DNA from: an uncultured Acidobacteriota bacterium
GTDB taxonomy: Bacteria; Acidobacteriota; Thermoanaerobaculia; Multivoradales; JAHEKO01
Direction of reading: 5' to 3'
DNA: 20,115 bases
Assembly: GCA_963713825.1 (NCBI GenBank)
Contig: CAVQNG010000015.1
Location: 1 to 20,115 of the forward strand
Notes under the pieces: generated by a model
Database searches by the model: none
Seen by the model: the letters and a program-made list of their open reading frames with translations, nothing else
What the model was told of the DNA's origin: nothing
Shown here: positions 1 to 9,030 of the stretch, one piece after another
How the letters are laid out: each line of letters starts with the position of its first letter
How positions within the stretch are numbered: position 1 is the first letter of the stretch
Program-made: the position numbers and the translations under genes

Positions 1-1523
1 CGGGAGCGGGCCACATGGCCACTATCACCGATTCCGTCATCGAGACCGATCCGGCGGTGGCCGACATCATGGCGGACTTCAGCTCGCAGGGGCCCAACGA
101 GTCATTCGATGTCTTGAAACCGGATGTGACCAACCCGGGAGTGAGCATCTACGCAGCCGTCAATGACCATCCCGAACTGCCTCCCGGGACCGAATTCGCC
201 GAAATCGGTGGCACCTCCATGTCGAGCCCCCACACAGCCGGTTCGGCAGCACTGATCAAGGCAGTTCGCCCGGATTGGTCGCCGGCTGAGATCAAGTCGG
301 CCCTTATGATGACCTCGAAAACAGAAGACGTCTTCAAAGTAGGTGGCACTGAGGATGCCGACCCGTTTGACAGGGGATCCGGCCGAGTGGACCTGACCAA
401 AGCCGCGGAGGCCGGTCTGATTCTCGATGAGATCTTTGCGAACTTTCAGGCGGCTGATCAAGCCCTTGGCGGCAAACCCGAGGAGCTCAATCTGGCCGGT
501 CTGCAGCAGAGTGTTTGCGTCCTGGATTGCGAGTGGACGAGAACCTTCTCCAGCACGCAGAGCTCTACCGTCAACTGGAGTATGAGCTTCACGGCCCCTC
601 TGGGTGCTTCCATGTCGGCCAACCCCAGCTCCTTCGCGGTCGCCGCGGGCGCGGACGAGACTGTAGAGTTCTCCATGGAAGCCTCGGGGATACCTTTCCA
701 CACTTGGACCTTTGCCCACGTCACCCTTACCCCAGACGACGGAAGTCCGGAGCTTCACCTTCCGGTAGCCGCCAAATTCCCGAGCACAATTTCCCGGCAA
801 GTATCGTGTTTGAAACTCACGATACGTTCGGTTCGGACAGTCTCGAGGGTTTCCAGTACCTCGAACCCATCACCGACCTCACCATCGTGAAATACGGTTT
901 AGCTCAAGGAACACAGATCGACTTCAGTCTCTTCGAGGACCCCACCTGGAACTCCCCCTACGACGATCTGTCGCAGGTCTATTTCAAAACGGTGACTGTG
1001 CCGCCGGGCGCCCAAAGCCTCGTGGCCATGACCGAGTCGGATGAGGCACCCGACGTGGATCTGTTAGTAGGCACCGGGTCGGTTCCGAGCGCGGGCACAC
1101 AGGTCTGCGTGTCCTGGACTCTTACAGCCTCTGAGATATGCGAGATTGCCAGTCCGGTGCCGGCACCTGGTGGATTCTGGTTCAGAACTGGCTCCGGCTC
1201 AATGAATCAACCCGATCTCATCAGCCTGTTCGACGCCGTCGATGTCGAGTTCGGATCCAGGCAACATGGCGATCACCGGGCCTGCCGCGGTCCCGGCCGG
1301 TGATCCCTTCGAATTGACGGTTTCCTGGAATCTGGCGAGCTTTTAGGTCGCCCGAGGCTCTGCCTCCCAACGAGCATTGGTTCGGAGCTTTCAGCGTGGC
1401 AGCAGACAGCGCCATTCAGCCGATCGAGACGATCCTCTTGCGTCTCGAGTCGTTCCGGATGTCTTCTTCGCCGACGGCTTCGAGTCTGGCGACTGCTCCG
1501 CGTGGACCAGCGAATACCCCTAG
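1..1523 (+). CDS. S8 (subtilisin-like) serine peptidase, 3' part; 5' end outside window, frameshifted; ends in DGFESGD tail
   Basis: ORF 15..890 has KPDVTNPGVSI, the catalytic-Ser motif GGTSMSSPHTAG and WSPAEIKSALM. Coding continues in the frame of ORF 515..1303 (DVDLLVG, PPC-like). Bases 1458-1523 read DVFFADGFESGDCSAWTSEYP-TAG. Confidence 0.85.
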
Positions 1524-4505
1524 GGGGCCATCTGCCGCCAGTCCCCGGTCGCCACGAAGCCGGCCCGAGTAGAAAGATGGGTGCTCAACCCCGCCTCGCG
1601 GCGGGCTTGGAGCAGGTCGAGACTTGCTTGGTGTACCGATTCGATGTGGAGAGGCCGTCGACAAATCGGTGCTCAATTCAAGAGCCTCATCCACTCTCGA
1701 GTGGGCTCGTCTTCCACCTGCCATAGGCTCATGATCAGACTCCTGGCACCCGCCAGTGCGAAGGCCCGGCGCAGACCAAAGACCCCTTCCCCGGTGCGCA
1801 CTTCGCCAAGACCTGTCTTGCAGGCCGAGAGCAAAGCCCATTCCACTCCTTGGAGATCGAGAGCGGCGATCTCCTCGGCAGTCAGGATCCCGTCATCTTC
1901 ATCGGAAGCCGCGGCCTCTCGATGGTTGGCTCCTGCCATGACGAGACCCAGAGCAAGAGAGGGTTCTCCCGCGATGACGTCTGCTCCAACAGCCTCAGTT
2001 GCCGCCGACCCCGGAGCCGATCGGCAGTTCTCGCCTAGAAAAAAGCCGTGGGTTGCCAAGGCGGAGCACACTTCACCAGGCGCCGATCGCTTGAACTCGG
2101 TCTCGCTCGCTGCCGCACGGTCAAGGCGTACAACGTCGATTAGCGGCGCTCTAGCGCCACTCAATCGTCTTGGATCAGCCGACGAACCACCGCGGGTAGC
2201 CCACACGGACAGCACCTCGTCCAACTCGCTCGCCGTCGCCGGTAGCGGCTCGAAGCTCATCGCTTGAAAGCTCTCGCAACCCGATCGGGAACCCCTGAAC
2301 ACTACTTGATCCTCGATCTCTGAGGACACGTGGCTACAACCATCTCCGACCCTGGCACCAGCGCCGCAAAGAAGGCGGGTTCGTCGAAATCCGGATCTCC
2401 CAAAGCCAGCATGCCCTCAGCCATGGGGGCTCTAACCTCCAGGAGAAGATCTCGCTCTGCAGAGAGGTAATGAATTCTCGGCCCCGATTCGATCAAGTAC
2501 CTGGATGGGGACGCGGGCAACGCCGCCAGGCTGACCAGGTTGAGCGTCCCGTCCGGCACCACGAAGATGGTCTCCAGACCCTGTGGTACGACTCCAGGTG
2601 GAGACCAGATCACCCGCCGAAGGTTGTCGCTAATCCGGCGGTAGACGTTCTCCGCCCATCTAGCCGATTGTCCCGGATCGGCGGCGATCTGCGACAGGTG
2701 CTGCTGAACTCCCAGCACCAGTTCGTCGATTTCCTGGGCCGGACCGAGCGGAACCACAACTGGCACACCACCCCCACTTCGAATCAAGAACGCCAAATAG
2801 GAGAATGTCGGAATAGACGGACCCGGCGGAGTACCTTCCCTCAGCCGTGAATGATCGTACCTCGCGAGTGAGCCCGGCCGCTACCCGGCGGGAGGGCAGC
2901 TATGACTTCTTCAAGACCTGCCTGCGTACTGGTCTGGTGCCGACGAAACGCGGCGCTTACTCGTCCCAGAGTCCTTTCTGCCGCCTCCTTGTCTGCCGCG
3001 AGCGACCGCGAGCTGTTCCCGGAAGACCTCCTGAGGATGCACAGCCGGACCACCTACCACGAGCTTGGCAAGACGCTCGCGAGATGAGACAAGATCTTGA
3101 TATGCGGCGGCGACTCGAGGATCCTGGATACCCTGAACGTCTCGATGCCGACCCGCCATCTCATCGAGGACCTGCGTCCGCGATTTGACCAGGGCATCAA
3201 AGACGGCCGTGGTCGACTCTGCATCTTCGCCTCTGGCAGCCAGCGCAAGCGCGAGATCGAGAGGGTCTCGGATATATGCGGCGTAGAGCGATCACCCCGC
3301 TCTGAGAGCGTGCGAGCAGCAATTCCATCCGCTCTCTGACATCCGCCGCACACCGGAGTAAGACCGCAGACTCCTCTACGAGATCGAGGTTCGCGAGCAC
3401 TTCACCCAGGGAAAGCAGACTGTCCGCCACATCCGGATGAGAGGGGCCGTGGGACTTGAGTCGCATCTCAAGCGCCCACTCGTGGAGAGGTCTCGCCTCG
3501 GCATAATGGCTCGTGTCGTTGAGGAACTTCGCCAAGCCGTAGTAGTCGTAGGCCAGCGATGGGTGATCAGGGCCCACTTCTTTCTCTCGGACCTCCACGG
3601 CCCGAATGAAGAGCGGCTTCGCTGCTTCATAGTTGCCCTCCATACGGTACTGGATGCCCAGATTGAGAAGACTGTTTGCCACATGGGGATGGTCGGGCCC
3701 TGGAGCCTTCTCCCGGATGGCGAGCCCACGCTCATAGAGCGGTTTTGGATCTCTGGGGCCGTGACTGTCACTCAGCGCGTTCGCCAGATTGGTCAAGCTC
3801 GATGCCACGTCTGGATGCTCGGGCCCCAACGCCTCCTCTCGAATCGCGAGTGCTCTCTCGTAGAGTCGGATCGCCTCTGGATAGTCGCCCTTCTCCAGGC
3901 GAGACCCGCTAGGGAGTTCAAGGTCTCCGCCGCCTGAGGGTCTTGGGGACCCAGTGCGCTCTCCCGGATCTCGAGAGCTCGAGAATGGGCCTCGCTCCAA
4001 CGTAGTCCGCCTGGCGGTAGAGTGCGAGTCCCAGGCACTGCAGACTCTCAGCCACCAGAGGGTGCTCTGGCCCAAGAGAGTTCTCTCGAATCTCCAGGCT
4101 CCGCCTGCAAATAGATTCGCCCTCAGCGTAGTCGCATACGCGCGCAAAGATGATCAGGGTGGTTGCCACTTCGGGATGATCTGGGCCGTAGACCGCTTCC
4201 TTGATGGCTATCGCTCGCTCGGCTAGCGGGCGCGTTTCGGGTTCCGCAGCCCTTCCGTTGCGGGTCTTCGCCTGCACCAGAAGATCGAGAGCACGAGCAA
4301 CCTCAATGGACTCTCCTCCTTCGGTCTCCTTGGTTTGGCTCAGAAGAAGCTGCGCTTCTAGCTCCGCCTCCGGGTAATGACCAGTCGCGATGAGTTGGGA
4401 AACGATCTCGAAGGAACCCTCACCGGCCGTGACAGGTCTAGCATCGAGCCCCGCTAGGCTCAAGCAGACGCCAAAACAACCGGCGACCCACAGCCGTTGT
4501 CGCAT
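1520..4505 (-). CDS. Secreted TPR-repeat + CHAT (caspase-like, clan CD) protease; multiple frameshifts
   Basis: Signal-peptide-like N-terminus MRQRLWVAGCFGVCLSLAG. Kinesin-light-chain-type TPRs (ALAIREEALGPEHPDVASSLTNLA). CHAT motifs VVPDGTLNLVSLAALP, LATHG, LSACKTGLG, EGVFGLRRAF, SLWQVED and GFVATGDW. Pieced together from ORFs 3918..4505, 3197..4147, 2302..2796 and 1673..2329; stop at 1522-1520. Confidence 0.85.
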
Positions 4506-4539
4506 GGCACTCCTCCCCCCCTTGAAACGGAGAGCGGTG

Positions 4540-5276
4540 CTAATTCGATGCCCTGCTGCCCTCCGATATCTGGTCTAACAACTCGACGGCAGTCGCCTTC
4601 AGGTCTCCATCTAGGGCGATGATCCGCTGGAGCTCCTGCTCGGCAAGGGACTTTTCGCCAAGCCTGCGAGATAGGCTTTGCCAAGATAAAACCGGGCACG
4701 CTCTTCCATCAATGGACTCTGCGTCGCCTCGAGAAGAATCTCTACCGCCGGCTCCGGCTGATCCGTCAAAAGGTAACTGACCCCCAGGTAGAAGTGGCCG
4801 ATCCATGACTCGGGATCCAATTCAACGAAGGTATCGAGTCGCCGAATTGCCTCGGGGTAGTCTCCCTCTTGATACGGCAACATGGCCTTGTGGAATTGCT
4901 CTTCCCCTTCACTCGCCGAGCTTCGGAGTGTCTTCGGTTGGTATGGTGCCGGTCCGATGGCAGAGAGTCGAACCAATTCTGCGTCATGGACTTTGACTGG
5001 ACCCTGACTCCAAAGCCACAGGCCAAGTCCGATTCCCACGAGAACCACGGCGACAGTCCACGCCCATCCCCACCGCACCCCAGCAGAAGGGGTTTCTGCC
5101 CGTACCGCCCAGCGATCGTCTGCCAGTTCGGAGCGCAACGCTGAGTACTCCTCCAAGGCCTCGAAGCACTCGTTGCAGGAAAAGTAGTGCTTCTCGAGCT
5201 GGTGAGCCTCCTCCTCGCTCAACTCTCCGAGCAGGTATTTCTCGATGTGCTCGCTCTGGATGTCGGCGCAATTCAC
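4540..5276 (-). CDS. Zinc-finger (ZAS/zf-HC2) anti-sigma factor with TM helix and extracytoplasmic TPR; one frameshift near the C-terminus
   Basis: HYFSCNEC (HxxxCxxC), a TM segment WGWAWTVAVVLVGIGLGLWLW, then TPR-like helices. The C-terminus continues in the frame of ORF 4540..4806. Directly follows an ECF sigma gene. Confidence 0.85.
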
Positions 5277-5294
5277 AGCTGCTCTCCGTGAATT

Positions 5295-5321
5295 AGTGTC
5301 TCCAGCATCAGCTTCGTGACG
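5295..5321 (-). promoter_or_regulatory. Candidate ECF promoter overlapping the sigma gene's 3' end, upstream of the anti-sigma gene
   Basis: Minus strand CGTCAC(5321-5316)-N15-GACACT(5300-5295). Same spacing and similar boxes as the array promoters. Confidence 0.55.
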
Positions 5322-5904
5322 TCTTTCTCCGGATTTCCTGCCGCGCTCGTCGCACGGCCCTCGATTTGCGCTTCCGGACCAGTTCGGTTTTCAGCCCTAG
5401 TTGCGCCGCAATTTCACCCGGTTTCAGACCTTCTGTGAGCGTGAGACGAAGGATATTACGGTCGGTGGAGTTCAGCCGCTCGATCGCATACAAGGCCTGC
5501 CGTCGGCGCTCCGCTTCTCCGAAGCTCTTCTCAGGATCAATCGGTACCGGACTTGAAGGCGAACGCGACTCCGTGGAAGACCTGAGCTTGCGCTTCCGAA
5601 AGAAGTGATTGATTTGATTCCTGGCGGTGCCGCAGATGTAGCCGGCTAGACCGTCCTGATTGCGCAGCCTACCCTCGCGCAGGCCGCAAAGCACCGCCAG
5701 CATGATCTCCTGAGCTAGATCCCGAGCCGTCTCGCAGTCCTTGGTTCTGACCAGGGCCATGGCGTAGACCCTGCGATAGAAGTGGTCCACCAAGGCCGCC
5801 TCAGCTGACCGCTCCCCATTACGGATCCGCTCCGCCAGGTCCACTGTCGGGCTGACCGTTGCCATGCTGTCGCCAATCTTATTCTGACCGTTATTGTCAT
5901 GCAA
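5308..5904 (-). CDS. ECF-type RNA polymerase sigma factor (start may be ATG at 5865)
   Basis: Region 2: ARDLAQEIML...GYICGTARNQINHFFR. Region 4: LNSTDRNILRLTLTEGLKPGEIAAQLG...VRKRKSRA. Adjacent to a ZAS anti-sigma gene. Confidence 0.92.
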   Translation of the reverse strand: MHDNNGQNKIGDSMATVSPTVDLAERIRNGERSAEAALVDHFYRRVYAMALVRTKDCETARDLAQEIMLAVLCGLREGRLRNQDGLAGYICGTARNQINHFFRKRKLRSSTESRSPSSPVPIDPEKSFGEAERRRQALYAIERLNSTDRNILRLTLTEGLKPGEIAAQLGLKTELVRKRKSRAVRRARQEIRRKTSRS

Positions 5905-5956
5905 AGTGAGCGCCGACAGATCTTCATTCGGTTTCGCCCAGACGATTCAGTGTCGC

Positions 5957-5983
5957 CGTCACGTTTTCCTCTCCGAAGCAACT
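5957..5983 (+). promoter_or_regulatory. Candidate ECF promoter (array copy 1)
   Basis: CGTCAC-N15-GCAACT; the flanking sequence resembles 9797-9830. Confidence 0.55.
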
Positions 5984-6000
5984 CAATAACTAGACAGAAA

Positions 6001-6031
6001 CGCCTCGACAAAGGCACACCTGGGAAAACCT
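6001..6031 (+). ncRNA. Truncated 5' half of a c-di-GMP-I riboswitch
   Basis: CGCCTCGACAAAGGCACACCTGGGAAAACC is identical to 9851-9880, then runs directly into AGGAG and the ATG at 6046. P3 and the 3' strand are absent. Confidence 0.7.
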
Positions 6032-6045
6032 GAAAGGAGACCGCT

Positions 6046-7437
6046 ATGGGACGAACCTCGAGACGAGTCAGCCTGGTGGCAATGTTGATCGTGCTGTTCG
6101 GCACTGTGGCAAGCAGCGCCAACCTGATCAGCTATACCACGTGGTCAGCCAACCGTGATCGAGTCATGGTCATGGACGACACAGGGGCCAATCCCCTCGA
6201 AATCTTCCCAGGCTGGAAGTTCTCACCTTATGGGCTGAATCACACAATCTCTCCCCAACGGTCAGACGGAACCTGGGTCGCCTTTTGGGACAGCGAGCTC
6301 TATAAGGTCAAGGCCGACGGGTCTGGCTTCACCAAGGTGCTCTGCAGCAGCTACGACGGTGAGAGCGGAGTCCCTTACAGCTACCCTTCTGCTCCGCGGT
6401 GGTCACCCGATGGCCGGTGGATAGCTGTCGGGACGTTCGAGGGTATTGCTCTGCTTCCGTCTGATTTCGAGGTTGGCTTGGGCGCGGAGGGTGATGCCTG
6501 CGCAGCACCACTCCAATTCGTCTTTCTAGAATCTGAAGATCCGAATTGGGACCTCGACTCACGGGTGGCGTGGAATCACGACGGGACGCAGATGGCGTTC
6601 ATCGAGATCTTCTACCCAAGAGACCCCGAGAACGAGCAAATTCGGATTGTGATTCTCAAACGCCAAGAGGACGGGTGGGTACGGGTGCACGAGGTGTCGA
6701 CCGATGTCGAGCTCTTCGGCAAGTGGCCGTGGTCTCTCGATTGGCAGCGCGGCGGGAATCTCCTGGTGATCCACACCCTTGAAGGCAGCGGACCGCAAGG
6801 AGTGTTCTGGATCAACTGGATCGATATCACCAACGGACAGTGGGGATATGTCACTGAAGGCACAAGCCCGAGTTGGTCCCCGGACAACTCCCATCTACTC
6901 ATCGTTGACGAAAGGGGCACGATCATCAAGTGGCGCTACCCGGAAGGGCCAGGGGAGGTCTTGGGCTCGGGAGAGTCCCCTGAGTGGCAGAGAGACGAGC
7001 TGTCTTTCACCTGCGAGATTGATGCAGACTGCGATGATGGCAATCTGTGCACGGACGACAAGTGCGATTCTGGCGAATGCAGCAACTCTCCCAACTCCCT
7101 GGTGTGTGACGATGGCAACGAGTGCACGGGCTTCGATGGCTGTAGTGAGGGTCTCTGTGTTGGACAGCCCATCTCCGACGGTACCCCTTGCGACGCTGGG
7201 TATTGCTGCGGTGTGATGTGTGTCGAGTTGGCTTGTGACATCGACAGCGACTGCGACGATGAAGATGCCTGTACGATCGACACTTGCGTCTTCGAGACGG
7301 TCAATCCCTGCGCAACGCATTGCGAGTACGCACCCGATCCCGTTTGCCCAAGCTGCTTGCCGAAGGGTACACCGTGCGACCCGGAGATACCTTGCTGTTC
7401 GGGGATGTGTCACCCTGTCAAGGGAACGTGCAAGTAG
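6046..7437 (+). CDS. Secreted protein: TolB/PD40-like beta-propeller, Cys-rich repeats and a C-terminal knottin-like motif
   Basis: Signal peptide; PRWSPDG, AWNHDG and PSWSPD motifs; CDDGNxCT repeats; terminal CLPKGTPCDPEIPCCSGMCHPVKGTCK; RBS AGGAG upstream. Confidence 0.85.
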   Translation: MGRTSRRVSLVAMLIVLFGTVASSANLISYTTWSANRDRVMVMDDTGANPLEIFPGWKFSPYGLNHTISPQRSDGTWVAFWDSELYKVKADGSGFTKVLCSSYDGESGVPYSYPSAPRWSPDGRWIAVGTFEGIALLPSDFEVGLGAEGDACAAPLQFVFLESEDPNWDLDSRVAWNHDGTQMAFIEIFYPRDPENEQIRIVILKRQEDGWVRVHEVSTDVELFGKWPWSLDWQRGGNLLVIHTLEGSGPQGVFWINWIDITNGQWGYVTEGTSPSWSPDNSHLLIVDERGTIIKWRYPEGPGEVLGSGESPEWQRDELSFTCEIDADCDDGNLCTDDKCDSGECSNSPNSLVCDDGNECTGFDGCSEGLCVGQPISDGTPCDAGYCCGVMCVELACDIDSDCDDEDACTIDTCVFETVNPCATHCEYAPDPVCPSCLPKGTPCDPEIPCCSGMCHPVKGTCK

Positions 7438-7459
7438 TAGTTCCGAAGCGCCAGAACTC

Positions 7460-7490
7460 GGGCCGGGCCTCGCGCCCGGCCCTTCTTCTC
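7460..7490 (+). terminator. Probable intrinsic terminator
   Basis: 9-bp stem GGGCCGGGC/GCCCGGCCC with a 5-nt loop, followed by TTCTTCTC, ~20 nt after the stop codon. Confidence 0.6.
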
Positions 7491-7496
7491 TCGCAC

Positions 7497-7525
7497 TTGA
7501 AATCTCAGTTGGGCAGGAGTACCGT
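7497..7525 (+). promoter_or_regulatory. Candidate sigma70-type promoter
   Basis: TTGAAA-N17-TACCGT; the implied +1 (~7532) falls at the riboswitch 5' end. Confidence 0.5.
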
Positions 7526-7532
7526 CTGACCT

Positions 7533-7620
7533 ACCTCGACAACGGTAAACCTGGTCAAAGCCAGGGACACAAAGCCACGGGTCTTACCTCATCGAGAAGA
7601 CCGCCGGGCTGCCGAAGGGT
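7533..7620 (+). ncRNA. c-di-GMP-I (GEMM) riboswitch
   Basis: GGTAAACC-TGGTCAAAGCCA-GGGACACAAAGCCACGGGTC...GACCGCCGGGCTGCCGA matches the GEMM-I consensus; 40 nt upstream of the ATG. Confidence 0.9.
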
Positions 7621-7660
7621 GGAACGTCACGTTGACCGCAACCGCAGGAGGGAGGGTCCA

Positions 7661-8824
7661 ATGAAACATCTGCTTCCCGCAGCGCCGATCGTTCTGGCCT
7701 TGGTGATCATGGTGCCTACTCTGACCTACGCAATCGGGCCAACCCTCGACATTATCTTTGCAAATCAGGGGCAGAGGAACCGCGTCTGTCTGGGCGACGG
7801 GACCGTAGACTTTACCTGCAGTGACGTCAGTGCCAATACAGACTCGTCGTGGGGCGTGGCGCTGGGCCACGTCGATGGAGATCTCACTTTGGACTCCGTC
7901 TTTGCGAATTTCTCGTCGACGCCGAACCGCGTCTGTCTAGGTGACGGAATCGGGGGCTTCACTTGCGGTGACGTCAGTGCCGACGCGAACGATACCAGAT
8001 ACGTAGCGCTCGGCTACGTGGACGCCGATGAGTCGCTTGACGCCGTGTTTGCAAACAGTGACGGGGTAAATCGAGTGTGTCTTGGAGACGGCGTCGGGGG
8101 CTTCACCTGCAAAGATGTGAGCGCGGAGACGAACACTTCATACGCTGTGGCGTTGGGTTTCGTAGATGGCGACCAGAAGCTCGACGCCGTCTTCTCGAAT
8201 CAGGGTAGGAACCGCGTCTGCCTAGGTGACGGAACTGGGGGCTTTACTTGTAGCAACATCAACACCGACGGGTATTGGTCTCAGGGTGTGGCGCTCGGCT
8301 TCGTGGATGGCGATCAGAACCTCGACGCCGTGTTCGCAAATATGTTTGGCCCGAAGAATCGTGTCTGCCTAGGTGACGGAACTGGGGGCTTTACTTGTAG
8401 CGATGTCGGAGGTGACGTGAACGACTCGAGGTATCTGGCGCTCGGTTACGTGGACGGCAGTCAGACGCTTGATGTGGTCTTCGCGAACGGCGGTGCTCGT
8501 GACCGAGTATGCCTTGGTGACGGTGCAGGAGACTTTACCTGCAGCGACGTCAGCACCGACACATTCGCGGGTGAGACGGTGGCTCTCGGCTTCATCGACG
8601 GGGACCAAGCTCTCGACGCTGTATTCGGTAATGCTGGCCGGAACCGCGTTTGTCTCGGAGACGGGAACGGCGGCTTCACCTGCAGCGATGTCAGTGCCGA
8701 TGAAAACTACTCCTATGGCGTGGCACTCGGCTACATAGACGACGAGGTCTGGATCTTCACCGACGGCTTCGAGTCTGGTGACACCTCGGCCTGGTCGGAT
8801 TCTGTGCCAAGGAGATCACCTTAG
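7661..8824 (+). CDS. Secreted FG-GAP/VCBS-like 7-repeat beta-propeller with DGFESGD tail
   Basis: ATG 7661 after GGAGG; signal peptide MKHLLPAAPIVLALVIMVPTLTYA; seven ~49-aa repeats (VALGxVDGDxxLDAVFAN...NRVCLGDGxGGFTC); tail IFTDGFESGDTSAWSDSVP. Confidence 0.9.
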   Translation: MKHLLPAAPIVLALVIMVPTLTYAIGPTLDIIFANQGQRNRVCLGDGTVDFTCSDVSANTDSSWGVALGHVDGDLTLDSVFANFSSTPNRVCLGDGIGGFTCGDVSADANDTRYVALGYVDADESLDAVFANSDGVNRVCLGDGVGGFTCKDVSAETNTSYAVALGFVDGDQKLDAVFSNQGRNRVCLGDGTGGFTCSNINTDGYWSQGVALGFVDGDQNLDAVFANMFGPKNRVCLGDGTGGFTCSDVGGDVNDSRYLALGYVDGSQTLDVVFANGGARDRVCLGDGAGDFTCSDVSTDTFAGETVALGFIDGDQALDAVFGNAGRNRVCLGDGNGGFTCSDVSADENYSYGVALGYIDDEVWIFTDGFESGDTSAWSDSVPRRSP

Positions 8825-8834
8825 ACGGAAGGGT

Positions 8835-8861
8835 TGTCACGTTTGTGTTCGTGCAGCTACT
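8835..8861 (+). promoter_or_regulatory. Candidate ECF promoter
   Basis: TGTCAC-N15-GCTACT, ~20 nt upstream of the aptamer. Confidence 0.6.
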
Positions 8862-8879
8862 AGTAGAGGGAATCGGAAG

Positions 8880-8990
8880 CGCCACGCAAAGGCACGCCTG
8901 GGAAAACCCAGGGCCGCAAAGCCACGGGTCCTCGTCTCCTTCGCGACGGAACCCCGCCACGAAGGACCGAAGACCGCCGAGCTGCCAAGG
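8880..8990 (+). ncRNA. c-di-GMP-I riboswitch with extended P3
   Basis: AAAGGCACGCCTGGGAAAACCCAGGGCCGCAAAGCCACGGGTC...AAGACCGCCGAGCTGCC. Confidence 0.85.
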
Positions 8991-9030
8991 GAGGACAGGT
9001 CTAGTGCTTATAGGAGGGGGATCAAGAGCA

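Larger units (their letters stand above)
8762..8990 (+). repeat. ~230-bp inter-gene repeat, copy A (tail-coding DNA, promoter and riboswitch)
   Basis: By eye, nearly identical to 10803-11029 and highly similar to 12364-12597. Confidence 0.9.

Noticed and set aside
7625-7651. CGTCAC at 7625 as another ECF promoter
   Set aside because: The position 15 nt downstream reads AGGAGG (RBS region), not the GCWACT box.
7220-7660. Long N-terminal extensions in ORF-track calls (7220.., 8845.., 14718..) and small ORFs containing GKPRAAK / QGRKATG
   Set aside because: These are translations through the riboswitch repeats. Real starts with an RBS (and, for the secreted genes, a signal peptide) lie downstream at 7661, 9031 and 14914.
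8805-8824. RRSP extension after the tail of the FG-GAP protein
   Set aside because: The other copies read GCCATAGGAG; here GCCAAGGAG lacks one T, removing the TAG. Likely a single-base deletion or sequencing error.
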